Below, piece after piece: positions 46,885 through 56,034 of a stretch of 64,000 nucleotides of DNA. A program made the position numbers and the translations under genes. How positions within the stretch are numbered: position 1 is the stretch's first letter; every line of letters begins with the position of its first letter. The DNA comes from Gemmatimonadota bacterium. Its GTDB lineage: Bacteria > Gemmatimonadota > Gemmatimonadetes > Palauibacterales > Palauibacteraceae. Location: the NCBI GenBank assembly GCA_039584685.1, contig JBDGXI010000003.1:10556-74555 (forward strand), written 5' to 3'. Under the pieces are notes generated by a model, which was given only the letters and a program-made list of their open reading frames with translations, made no database searches and had not been told where the DNA came from.

Positions 46885-47847
46885 ATGGAAGCGCCGCCGA
46901 AGGGACTCCCGGCCTCCTCGGGCCGCCCCGTGCGACTCCTGGGCTACGCCGCAGCCGTGGGCGCGGGGGCACTGTGGGGAACCACGGGACCGCTGAGCAC
47001 GGCACTGTACGCGGAAGGCGCCGCCCTGACCGGGGTCGGCTTCTGGCGCATCGCGGTCGCCACGGCGGGCCTCCTGGCCATCGGCCTCGTGCGCCGGGAT
47101 CTACTGCGCGTGGACCGCGCCGGCCTGCTGGCGATCGGACTCGGCGGGGGCGCCCTGGTGGCCCTGTTCGAGGTCGCGTACCAGTACGCCATCGCCGGTG
47201 CCGGCGTGGCCGGCGCGGCGACCCTCCTGTATACGGCTCCCCTGCTCGTAGCCCTCCTGGGGCGTATGCTGCTCAAAGAGAGACTGACCGCAGCTCGGAT
47301 CGTCCTCGCCCTGGTAGTCCTCTTCGGCGTGTACTTGACCGTCCGGGGCGGAGAGGGCGTGGAAACTCTGTTCGAGTCGCGCGAGGCCGGATTGGCTGCC
47401 GGAGTGACGGGTGGTCTCCTGGCGGCCCTCGCATACGCCGGCACGACTCTGCTCGCTCGCTGGGCCGTCCCGCGGTACGGCTCGGCACGAGTGCTCTTCC
47501 TGGAACTCGCCGGCGGGACGTTCATCCTGGGTATGTTCCTGCCGGCGATCGGCAGGCCGCCGGCGCTCCCCGATACGCAGAGTGCCTGGATCTATGTGGG
47601 ACTGCTGTCGCTGGGCGCGGTCGTGGGAGCCAACCTCCTGTTCTTCGGAGCCCTGAAGCGCATCGAGGCCGCCCCGGCGGCAGTGGCGGCCAGCATCGAG
47701 CCGGTGATCGCCACGGTCATGGCCCTGATCCTGTTTGGCCAGGCACTCAGTGCAAGCGGTTGGAGCGGGCTGGTGCTGGTGGTGGCGGGAGTCGCGGCTG
47801 GCTACATGATCGAGGCCCGTCAGTCGAAGATGCACGGCACGGGCTAG
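46885..47847 (+). CDS. EamA/DMT-family transporter (10 TM)
   Basis: ORF 46741..47847 (+). ATG at 46885 is preceded by GGAGG. Two EamA-like halves with glycine-rich TM helices. Confidence 0.75.
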   Translation: MEAPPKGLPASSGRPVRLLGYAAAVGAGALWGTTGPLSTALYAEGAALTGVGFWRIAVATAGLLAIGLVRRDLLRVDRAGLLAIGLGGGALVALFEVAYQYAIAGAGVAGAATLLYTAPLLVALLGRMLLKERLTAARIVLALVVLFGVYLTVRGGEGVETLFESREAGLAAGVTGGLLAALAYAGTTLLARWAVPRYGSARVLFLELAGGTFILGMFLPAIGRPPALPDTQSAWIYVGLLSLGAVVGANLLFFGALKRIEAAPAAVAASIEPVIATVMALILFGQALSASGWSGLVLVVAGVAAGYMIEARQSKMHGTG

Positions 47848-47924
47848 CTCTGGCAGGTGCAGCGAACGCGGCTGGAACCGGCGGTACCGTTTCCTCGCCG
47901 GCACCAGCGCGTAGATTGGTTCGT

Positions 47925-48644
47925 ATGCCACTGAGCACAGAAGCTCCGTTCGTCGCGCGCCTGGATCGCCTCACCTGGCCCGAAGCAGCGGCCTGGTTCC
48001 GACGCGATCCGCGGCTCCTCCTGCCGGTCGGGACGTGCCTGCAGCACGGTCCCCATCTTCCCCTGGGTTCCGACACGATCGTGGTCGAGCGCCTCGCGGA
48101 GGCCGTATCGGAGCGAACCGGTATCCTGGTTGCCCCGACCCTCGCGTACGGCGTCAGCTCCGACCTGGAGCAGGACTACGCCGGAACTGCGGCCCTGGAG
48201 CGAAAGACGCTCCACCGGGTATTGAACGAACTGGTGGATTCGTGGGAGCGGCAGGGCCTGGAGGAGATCATCCTCATCACGGCTCATGGATATGGCCCTC
48301 ACATCCAGGCCATGGCAGCAGTCGTGGCGGATTTCGTGCGCGTGCGGGCGGTGGATATCCACGCGATCGATCTTGCGGCGTTTCTCCAGGGGGGGGCCGG
48401 CCCCGAGCACGCTGGCGAAATGGACACGGCGATTCTGCTCCACCTGGCCCCGGAGCTGGTCCGGAGTGACCTGGTGGCGGACGGCGAACCGCGCGAGAGG
48501 GTGCGATCGGCGATCCGGGACGAGCCGGTGCCGCCGCCCGGGTCGCCTGGCGTGGTGGGGCGACCGAGTCTGGCGACACGGGAGAACGGCAGGCGCATAT
48601 GCGAGTATCTCGTTGACTACATCTCGAGGCGGCTGGATGCGTAG
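47925..48644 (+). CDS. creatininase-family amidohydrolase
   Basis: C-terminal 239 aa of ORF 46974..48644 (+), starting at ATG 47925 (MPLSTEAPFVARLDRLTWPEA...LLLPVGTCLQHGPHLPLGSDT...ITAHGYGP...). Conserved metal-ligand pattern of the creatinine amidohydrolase fold. The upstream 317 codons are antisense to eamA and are not coding. Confidence 0.75.
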   Translation: MPLSTEAPFVARLDRLTWPEAAAWFRRDPRLLLPVGTCLQHGPHLPLGSDTIVVERLAEAVSERTGILVAPTLAYGVSSDLEQDYAGTAALERKTLHRVLNELVDSWERQGLEEIILITAHGYGPHIQAMAAVVADFVRVRAVDIHAIDLAAFLQGGAGPEHAGEMDTAILLHLAPELVRSDLVADGEPRERVRSAIRDEPVPPPGSPGVVGRPSLATRENGRRICEYLVDYISRRLDA

Positions 48645-49365
48645 GATCACAGGTGTGCAAATGGCGGGCGCAGTCCTGTGGGCCGTGTGCGCGCTCGGCG
48701 CACCAGGATCGGCAGCTGCTCAGCAGGACCGGATCGAGGGACAGCTCGGCGGAGGTACGTTCGAGCATTCGGTGAACGGCGGGTTCGCGGGGACCGAGAC
48801 CTTCGCCGTCCGCCGCCGTGGCGAGGACGTGGTGGCCGTGGGCCGCGTCACGCGAGAGGGCGGACCGGAGGCGCTGATGGCCTTCGAGGTGGGCGTGAGG
48901 CTCGACGGGTCCGGAAGGCCTGTGAGATACGAACTGCGGACTCGGGAAGGCCCCGCACTTCACGTCGTGGTCAATCGCACCGGAAGCCGGCTGCGGGTCA
49001 CGACTGCGGCCGAGGATGGCGAGCGATTCACGGAGTTTCTGGCCACCGACAGGCTCCTGATTCTCGAGCAGGAAATCGCGCACGACTACTACAGTTTGGC
49101 CCGCTTGCTCCGGACCGCTCCCGACGCGCGATCTCTGGACCTGGAGGTGCTGATTCCGTCGCAGAGCCGCACGGTCCCGCTGCGCGTGCGGGGACTATCT
49201 CGCGACACGCTGGCGCTCGGGGGCGCGAGCGTGTCCACTACGAGGTACGAGCTGAGCGTAGGGACCGACGACACACTGCTGTGGCTCGCGTCCGCCGACG
49301 GAAGGATCATGCGGGTGGCCATCCCGGATCGTCGGTGGGAGGCGAGTCGGGTCGCCCGGCCCTGA
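48637..49365 (+). CDS. hypothetical secreted protein
   Basis: C-terminal 242 aa of ORF 48286..49365 (+), from MRRITGVQMAGAVLWAVCALGAPGSAAAQ (signal peptide). Beta-rich composition, no recognisable motif. Followed by an intrinsic terminator. Confidence 0.55.
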   Translation: MRRITGVQMAGAVLWAVCALGAPGSAAAQQDRIEGQLGGGTFEHSVNGGFAGTETFAVRRRGEDVVAVGRVTREGGPEALMAFEVGVRLDGSGRPVRYELRTREGPALHVVVNRTGSRLRVTTAAEDGERFTEFLATDRLLILEQEIAHDYYSLARLLRTAPDARSLDLEVLIPSQSRTVPLRVRGLSRDTLALGGASVSTTRYELSVGTDDTLLWLASADGRIMRVAIPDRRWEASRVARP

Positions 49366-49410
49366 GCCCCGGACGGGACAACAATCAGGCCGTTTCACGT
49401 GTTCCAAGTG

Positions 49411-49445
49411 CGGGCCGGAGGATGAAACCGCCGGCCTGTTTTGAA
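49411..49445 (+). terminator. rho-independent terminator after the secreted hypothetical gene (GGCCGG-aggatgaaaccg-CCGGCC-TGTTTTGAA)
   Basis: Stem-loop + T-tract on the plus strand, between 49365 and the macA-like start at 49501. Confidence 0.55.
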
Positions 49446-49500
49446 CGTATGTAGGGCGAGTTCGGGGAGAGTCCGCTAATCAGTTGTCAAGGATAGAGAT

Positions 49501-50823
49501 ATGTCTCGCAAGCGCAAGATCGCGATCGGGGCCGTCGTTCTGGTCGTGCTGGCGGTGGTGGTTGGTTCCCTCGGCGGCGGTGGCGGTGACGAAGTCGGGG
49601 TGCGGGTGGAGGATGTGGCACGGCACGATCTCGTGGCGCGGGTCACGGCCACCGGACACGTCGAGCCCAAGACCTCCATCGACATCAGTGCGGATGTATC
49701 CGGGCGCATCGTCCAGCTCACGGTCGAGGAGGGCGACGACGTCGAGGAGGGGCAGCTCCTCCTGGTGATCGATCCGGCCCGGTTCGAGGCCGCGGTGGAT
49801 CGTGCCGAGGCGGCGCTTTCCGACGCGCAGGCGCGCGAAGCGCAGGCCCGCGGCAACTACCAGCAGGCGCAGCGCGACTGGGACAGGATCCGCCAGCTGA
49901 AGGAAGCGGCGGAAGGAATGATCACCGATACGGAGTTCGAGCAGGCGAGGACGCAGGCCGAGGTCCAGAAGGCCCTTTCCGAGTCGGCGCGGCATGGCGT
50001 CAACATGGCGCGAGCCAGCGTACGCGAAGCCCGTGACAATCTGGCCAAGACGGTCATCGAGGCGCCGATGAGCGGCCGCGTGACGCGGCTCAACGTCGAG
50101 CGTGGGGAGACGGCCGTGGTGGGCACGATGAACAACCCGGGAAGCCTGTTGCTGACGATCGCCGATCTGTCGGTGATGGAGGCCGTCATCGAGGTGGACG
50201 AAACGGACGTTCCCGAAATAGCGATCGGTGATTCGACAGTGGTGACGATCGACGCCTTCCGTGGACAGGAGTTCACCGGACGGGTCACCAAGATCGGCAA
50301 CAGCTCGATTCGGCCGCGCAACCAGCTGCAGAGCAGCTCGGAACAGGCCATCGACTTCGAGGTGCGGATCACCCTCGAGAACCCGGCGGTGGATCTCCGG
50401 ACGGATCTTTCGGCCACGGCCGATGTGGTCACGGCCGTCCGGCCCGACGTACTGGCCATTCCGATTATCGCGCTCACACTCATGGAGTCGTCGGAGTTCG
50501 AGCGGATTCCCATGGAGGGTGAGGAGGTCCAACCGGAAGAAGACGACGCCTCGACCGAGGAGGAGGCGCCTTCTTCCGATGAGGCGTCCGAGCCCATCGA
50601 AGGGGTGTACGTCCTGGATGGCGATCGGGTGCGATTCAGGCCCGTCGAGATCGGGATCGCGGGAGACAACTACTTCGAGGTCCTGTCGGGACTCGAAGAG
50701 GGCGAGACGGTGGTCTCGGGAACCTACCAGGCCATCCGAGAGCTGGAAGACGGCGCGCTGGTAAGCGTGGAGGCCAGAGGAGATTCAGAAGGCCCGCCGG
50801 GGGCCGAAGACAGCGAGGGATAG
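49501..50823 (+). CDS. efflux transporter periplasmic adaptor subunit (HlyD/MacA-like membrane fusion protein)
   Basis: ORF 49501..50823 (+), 440 aa. N-terminal TM, coiled-coil hairpin, lipoyl/beta-barrel domains (VIEAPMSGRVTRLNVERGE). Acidic insertion PEEDDASTEEEAPSSDEASEP near the C-terminus. Confidence 0.85.
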   Translation: MSRKRKIAIGAVVLVVLAVVVGSLGGGGGDEVGVRVEDVARHDLVARVTATGHVEPKTSIDISADVSGRIVQLTVEEGDDVEEGQLLLVIDPARFEAAVDRAEAALSDAQAREAQARGNYQQAQRDWDRIRQLKEAAEGMITDTEFEQARTQAEVQKALSESARHGVNMARASVREARDNLAKTVIEAPMSGRVTRLNVERGETAVVGTMNNPGSLLLTIADLSVMEAVIEVDETDVPEIAIGDSTVVTIDAFRGQEFTGRVTKIGNSSIRPRNQLQSSSEQAIDFEVRITLENPAVDLRTDLSATADVVTAVRPDVLAIPIIALTLMESSEFERIPMEGEEVQPEEDDASTEEEAPSSDEASEPIEGVYVLDGDRVRFRPVEIGIAGDNYFEVLSGLEEGETVVSGTYQAIRELEDGALVSVEARGDSEGPPGAEDSEG

Positions 50824-51543
50824 ATGAGCGTGGCAAACGATGTCGTGATTCAGACTCACGACCTCAAGAAGCACTACGTGATGGGGACGGAGACCGTTCG
50901 TGCCCTCAGGGGAGTGGACGTGAGCATTCGGAGGAACGAGTACATCGCGATCATGGGGCCGTCCGGCTCCGGGAAGTCCACACTCATGAACTTGATCGGG
51001 TGTCTCGACACGCCTACGTCAGGGGAGTACGTGCTGAACGGTCAGCCCGTGCAGGACCTGGATGACGACGAGTTGGCGCGGATACGAAACCGCGAGATCG
51101 GGTTCGTCTTCCAGACTTTCAATCTCCTGCCGCGGGCGAGCGCGCTGCACAATGTGGAGCTGCCCCTGATCTACGCCGGGGTGGGTTCCCGGGAGCGTAT
51201 CGAGCGGGCTAAGACGGCCCTGGGGCAGGTGGACCTGGCCGACCGCATGGATCACAAACCCAACGAGCTTTCCGGAGGCCAGCGGCAGAGGGTGGCCATC
51301 GCTCGGGCGCTCGTGAATCAGCCGTCCATCATCCTGGCCGACGAACCCACAGGGAATCTCGATTCGGTCACGTCGGAGGAGATCATGACCGTGTTCGACG
51401 GGCTCCACGACTCCGGGCAGACGATCATCATGGTGACGCACGAGCCGCACATCACAGCACACGCCGAGCGGGTGATTACGCTCAGGGACGGGATGATCGA
51501 ATCACACGACGCGCCACGCGTCCCGCCCGCGCAGCCCCTCTGA
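50824..51543 (+). CDS. ABC transporter ATP-binding protein (MacB/LolD-type)
   Basis: ORF 50824..51543 (+), 239 aa. GPSGSGKST Walker [16 protein letters not shown] signature, [11 protein letters not shown] Walker B. Confidence 0.9.
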   Translation: MSVANDVVIQTHDLKKHYVMGTETVRALRGVDVSIRRNEYIAIMGPSGSGKSTLMNLIGCLDTPTSGEYVLNGQPVQDLDDDELARIRNREIGFVFQTFNLLPRASALHNVELPLIYAGVGSRERIERAKTALGQVDLADRMDHKPNELSGGQRQRVAIARALVNQPSIILADEPTGNLDSVTSEEIMTVFDGLHDSGQTIIMVTHEPHITAHAERVITLRDGMIESHDAPRVPPAQPL

Positions 51544-51564
51544 CGATCGAATCGGGAGAACCGG

Positions 51565-52809
51565 GTGAGGATCCTCGAAGGCATCAGAATCGCGCTGCAG
51601 CAGATCTGGGCGCATAAGCTCAAGTCCGTGTTCACACTGATCGGGGTGATCATCGGAATCACGTTCCTCATCGCCGTGATTACGGTGGTCGAGGGTATGA
51701 ACCGCTACGTCCAGGACGACTTCGCCGGCGCGATCTTCGGAGTGAACACGTTCTCGGTCGTGCGGCGCAACCAGGTCCAGACGGGTTCCGAGAGCCAGGA
51801 GCGGCGACGGCGGCAGGCGAGGAACCCGTACCTCACCATGCACGACGTGGAAGTGGTCCGGCAGGCCGTGCCGGACGCCTGGCGTTTCGCCTACAACGTC
51901 GATCGCGGCTTCCGGCAGGTCTCCTACAACGAGCGCAGCCGGAAGAACATTAGGGTGATCGGCGCGTCGGACGGCTACGAGACCATGCAGGGCTGGGACA
52001 TCGCGGAGGGGCGGGGGATGTCCCCCCTGGACGAGCGGAAATCGCTCAAAGTGGCCGTCATTGGGGCCGACATAGCGGAGAAGCTGTTTCCACAGGTGAG
52101 CCCGATCGGCAAGCGCATTCGCCTCGGATCGACACGACTCGAGGTCATAGGCGTGTGGGAGAGGCAGGGAGGCCTTCTCGGAGTGATCCGGGATGCATCG
52201 GTGCTCGTGCCCATCTCCACGTTCCGCGAGACCATGGCCTGGCAGCGCAACCGCATCGGCGAGATCACGGTGAAGGCGCGCACCACGGAGGAGATGCAGG
52301 CCGCGATGCTGGAGGTGGAAGCCGCCTTGAGGCGCGATCGTCTGCTTCGCCCCGGGGAGGAAAACAACTTCTGGCTCCAGACGTCCAGTGATCTCCTGAG
52401 CACGTGGGAGACCATCAACAGGATTCTGTTCGCTGCGATCCCGGGACTGGTGTCCGTCTCCCTGGTCGTGGGCGGCATCGTGATCATGAATATCATGTTG
52501 CTGTCGGTGGCCGGACGAATCCGGGAAATCGGGGTGCGAAAGGCCCTGGGTGCGAGGCGGAGGGATATTCTGTTCCAGTTCCTAGCCGAGTCGTCGACTC
52601 TGTCGGTTGCCGGTGCCGCCATCGGCATCGGCCTCGGAATCGGACTGGGTAAGACGGTAGACGCGCTCACGCCGCTGCCTGCGTCGGTGCCCTTGTGGTC
52701 GATCGTGGTGTCGCTGATCCTCGGACTCGTCGTGGGCGTCGGCTCTGGAATCTACCCGGCATACAGGGCGGCGAAGCAGGACCCGATCGTGGCGCTGCGC
52801 TATGAGTAG
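51565..52809 (+). CDS. ABC transporter permease (FtsX/MacB-type, with periplasmic domain)
   Basis: ORF 51565..52809 (+), 414 aa. MacB_PCD-like periplasmic region then a 4-TM FtsX domain (IREIGVRKALGARRRDIL). Confidence 0.85.
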   Translation: MRILEGIRIALQQIWAHKLKSVFTLIGVIIGITFLIAVITVVEGMNRYVQDDFAGAIFGVNTFSVVRRNQVQTGSESQERRRRQARNPYLTMHDVEVVRQAVPDAWRFAYNVDRGFRQVSYNERSRKNIRVIGASDGYETMQGWDIAEGRGMSPLDERKSLKVAVIGADIAEKLFPQVSPIGKRIRLGSTRLEVIGVWERQGGLLGVIRDASVLVPISTFRETMAWQRNRIGEITVKARTTEEMQAAMLEVEAALRRDRLLRPGEENNFWLQTSSDLLSTWETINRILFAAIPGLVSVSLVVGGIVIMNIMLLSVAGRIREIGVRKALGARRRDILFQFLAESSTLSVAGAAIGIGLGIGLGKTVDALTPLPASVPLWSIVVSLILGLVVGVGSGIYPAYRAAKQDPIVALRYE

Positions 52810-54097
52810 ACGACTGCGGGGCGGTATGGGCGTGTGGGCGACGCTCAAGGAGGGGCTGCTGGTGGCCTTCGACTCCCTGCGCGCCAACAAGGTGCGGAGC
52901 GGACTCACGATTCTCGGAGTGACGATAGGCGTGATGGTCGTGCTGGTGATGGCCGCCATGGTGCAGGGCATCAACGCGAGTTTCAAGGACATCATCGCAT
53001 CGGCCGGCCCCACGACGTTCTACGTCTTCCACGCCCCGGTCGGGGGCGGCGGCGGCATATCCACCGGCCTGGAAGAGGAGGAGAACGAGTTCATGCGGAA
53101 TCCGCCCCTGGACCCGAGCTGGGTGCAGGAGCTGGCCCGTCTGGATGTGATCCGGATGGTGGCCCCGGGCGCCGACCTGGGCGAGTGGGGCTTTCACGCC
53201 CAGACCGGTGACACCGACGTCCGCATCTCCCTGTACGCGGTGAACGCCGAATACATGGACATGGACGGCGGTGACCTGGTGGACGGGCGGTTCTTCACGG
53301 CCGCGGAGGATAGCCGGCGCAGGCCGGTGGCCGTGATCGACTCCGCGACGGCGGCCGACCTGTTCGGCGGCCTGGACCCCCTGGGCAAGCGCTTCAACAT
53401 CGGTATGCCCGGCCGCCGCCAGGCTCCGTTCGAGGTAGTCGGCGTGTACCGACCGCCCGACAATCTCTTCATGGGCTTTCAGTCCCACTACGTGTTCGCC
53501 CCGTTTGGTGCGCTCAAGAAGTCGGTGGGCATCTGGGACCGCATGGTGTACTTCGTGGTCAAGCCACATGACGGGATCGAGCTCGAAGCGGCGCTGGAGG
53601 CCGTCAGAACGCGTATGCGGCAGCTCCGCGGCCTCGAGCCCGGTCAGGACGACAACTTCAATCTGATCACTCAGGACCAGGTGATGGACTGGTGGAACGA
53701 TTTCACCGGGGTGTTCTTTGCCGTCATGGTGGCGCTGTCCGGTGTCGGACTCCTGGTAGGAGGCGTCGGCGTGATCGGAATCATGATGATCTCCGTGACC
53801 GAGCGCACGAGGGAGATCGGCCTGCGGAAATCGCTCGGCGCGCGGCGGAGGGACCTGCTGTGGCAGTTCCTGGTGGAGGCGGCCACCCTCACGTTGCTCG
53901 GAGGGGCAATCGGAATGGCGCTCGGGGGACTCGTCGTATGGGCGGTGGCATCGCTCACTCCGGTGCCGGCGGAGGTTCCGCTGTGGTCGATCGGCGTCGC
54001 CCTTCTCGCGTCGATCCTCACTGGGGTCGGCTTCGGTCTCTACCCGGCGGCGCGCGGCGCCGGGCTGGACCCGGTCGAGGCCCTGCGCTATGAGTGA
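52802..54097 (+). CDS. ABC transporter permease (FtsX/MacB-type), second paralog
   Basis: ORF 52802..54097 (+), 431 aa. TREIGLRKSLGARRRDLL. Overlaps the preceding permease by 8 nt. Confidence 0.85.
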   Translation: MSRRLRGGMGVWATLKEGLLVAFDSLRANKVRSGLTILGVTIGVMVVLVMAAMVQGINASFKDIIASAGPTTFYVFHAPVGGGGGISTGLEEEENEFMRNPPLDPSWVQELARLDVIRMVAPGADLGEWGFHAQTGDTDVRISLYAVNAEYMDMDGGDLVDGRFFTAAEDSRRRPVAVIDSATAADLFGGLDPLGKRFNIGMPGRRQAPFEVVGVYRPPDNLFMGFQSHYVFAPFGALKKSVGIWDRMVYFVVKPHDGIELEAALEAVRTRMRQLRGLEPGQDDNFNLITQDQVMDWWNDFTGVFFAVMVALSGVGLLVGGVGVIGIMMISVTERTREIGLRKSLGARRRDLLWQFLVEAATLTLLGGAIGMALGGLVVWAVASLTPVPAEVPLWSIGVALLASILTGVGFGLYPAARGAGLDPVEALRYE

Positions 54098-54146
54098 CTC
54101 TTCCTTAGCTTCCCGCCTGCCCGCCAACACCTGACGGAAGGACGGC

Positions 54147-54869
54147 ATGACGGATCACGCGGTCGACGTTCTGGCCATCGGCCCTCATCCTGACGATGCG
54201 GAGCTGCTGTGCGGCGGCACCCTCGCCCATTGCGCGGACCAGGGATACCGGACGGGGATCCTCGACCTGACACGGGGCGAGATGGGCACCCGCGGGACCC
54301 CTGAACTGCGTGCCGCCGAGGCGGCCGCGGCGGGCGAGATACTCGGCCTGGCCGTTCGGCTCAACGCGGGACTTCCGGACGCCGGGATCACGAATGACAG
54401 GGAGTCTCGCGAACACATCGTCGAGCTCCTCCGCAACCTCACACCCCGGGTCGTGATTCTACCGTTCGTTCGCGGGCGGCATCCCGATCACCGGCTGGCG
54501 GCCGAGCTGTGCCGGGACGCTTGCTTTCTTTCCGGCCTCGCCAGGTACGGCTCCGGATCGGTCCATCGGCCCCACAAGGTCCTCTATTCCCTGGCGTTCA
54601 GGGAAGATCCGGTGAAGCCGACCTTCGTGGTGGACGTCACCGACCAGTTTGCGCGAAAGATGGCAGCGATCCGCTGCTATTCCTCCCAGTTTGAAGGCGT
54701 GATTCAGGCCGGCGAAGCGTTTCCCACGGGGCAGTCGATGTACGACCTGGTGGAGACGCAGAGCAGGCACTACGGAAGCCTGATCCGCAAAGGTTACGGC
54801 GAACCGTTCTTCACGGAGGAGACCCTGGAGATCGACGACGTGGCTGGACTGCCCGTCCATTCCCTGTGA
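54147..54869 (+). CDS. PIG-L/LmbE-family N-acetylglucosaminyl deacetylase (BshB1-like)
   Basis: ORF 54147..54869 (+), 240 aa. VLAIGPHPDDAELLCGGTLA and HPDH metal-binding motifs. Confidence 0.8.
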   Translation: MTDHAVDVLAIGPHPDDAELLCGGTLAHCADQGYRTGILDLTRGEMGTRGTPELRAAEAAAAGEILGLAVRLNAGLPDAGITNDRESREHIVELLRNLTPRVVILPFVRGRHPDHRLAAELCRDACFLSGLARYGSGSVHRPHKVLYSLAFREDPVKPTFVVDVTDQFARKMAAIRCYSSQFEGVIQAGEAFPTGQSMYDLVETQSRHYGSLIRKGYGEPFFTEETLEIDDVAGLPVHSL

Positions 54870-54882
54870 AATCGGCCGCACC

Positions 54883-56034
54883 ATGATCTACCTCGACCAC
54901 GCGGCCACGTGTCCCATGCGCCCTCCCGTGTGGGAGGTCATGCAGCGGCTCGTCGGTGAGGCAGACTTCAACCCGGCATCGGTACATTCTCCCGGCGGCC
55001 GCGCCGCCGCCGTCCTCGAGCAGGCGCGGAAGGAGATCGCCACCGCGCTTCACACGTCCCGGTCGGACCTCGTGTTCACCGGCGGCGGCACCCAGTCCGA
55101 CAACCTCGCGGTGCTTGGATTCGCACGGGCGCACGGGGGGCAAGCTCGCATCCTGGTCTCCGCGATCGAGCACAAGGCCGTGCTGGAAGCGGCCCGGCGT
55201 GCCGCCAGCGAGGGCAGTTCGGTGGAAGTGCTTCCGGTCGACTCGACCGGCGCGCTCGACCCGCAACTTCTGGAAGGCCGACTGTCGGCGGGGACGGGGC
55301 GCCCGACGCTCGTATCGGTCATGTGGGCCAACAGCGAGGTGGGTTGTGTTCAGCCGGTCCGCGACCTGTGCGACATCGCCCATCGACGCGGGGCAATATT
55401 CCACACGGACGCGGTTCAGGCAGTCGGAAAACTGGCGGTGTTCCTCGACGAGGTCCCCGCCGATCTCCTGACGGCTACGGCCCACAAGCTGGGCGGGCCC
55501 GTGGGGATCGGTCTTCTCGTTCGCCGCGGGGACGTGCGCCTCGAACCACTTGCGTACGGCGGATCGCAGGAAAAGTCGTTGTGGCCGGGCACTCAGAACC
55601 CGATCGGAGCCGCGGGCTTCGCCGAGGCCATTCGGTTGGCCGCTTCCGAGCTGCCGCACTCTGCCGATCGGTGGACAGGACTTCGTGACGGCCTGGAGGC
55701 GCGACTGCGAGGCGCGATCCCCGACCTGGTGGTCCACGGCGCAGGAGCCGCACAGCGCCTTCCACACCTCCTCAGCGTCGGCGTGCCCGGCTGTGACCAG
55801 GCCGCTCTGCTTACGACCCTCGACCTGGAAGGTGTGGCCGTGTCCGCCGGCTCGGCTTGCGCGAGCGGGACCTCCACCGGCTCGCACGTCCTCGAGGCCA
55901 TCGGAGTGCATCCGAAGGGAACATACGCGGTGCTGAGGTTCAGCTTCGGCCCGTCCACATCGGCGGACGATGTGGAGACGGCGGCCAGCGCGGTGACGAA
56001 GTCTGTCGCCCGGCTTCGCGGATCGGACGCGTGA
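54883..56034 (+). CDS. cysteine desulfurase (class I aminotransferase-V, NifS/IscS/YrvO-like)
   Basis: ORF 54883..56034 (+), 383 aa. PLP-Lys motif TATAHKLGGPVGIG, active-site loop SAGSACASGTS. Directly coupled to mnmA. Confidence 0.85.
   Translation: MIYLDHAATCPMRPPVWEVMQRLVGEADFNPASVHSPGGRAAAVLEQARKEIATALHTSRSDLVFTGGGTQSDNLAVLGFARAHGGQARILVSAIEHKAVLEAARRAASEGSSVEVLPVDSTGALDPQLLEGRLSAGTGRPTLVSVMWANSEVGCVQPVRDLCDIAHRRGAIFHTDAVQAVGKLAVFLDEVPADLLTATAHKLGGPVGIGLLVRRGDVRLEPLAYGGSQEKSLWPGTQNPIGAAGFAEAIRLAASELPHSADRWTGLRDGLEARLRGAIPDLVVHGAGAAQRLPHLLSVGVPGCDQAALLTTLDLEGVAVSAGSACASGTSTGSHVLEAIGVHPKGTYAVLRFSFGPSTSADDVETAASAVTKSVARLRGSDA

Noticed and set aside
46974-47924. N-terminal 317 codons of the ORF ending in the creatininase-family gene.
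   Set aside because: Overlaps the eamA transporter in another frame, R/G/P-rich. The real gene starts at the ATG at 47925.
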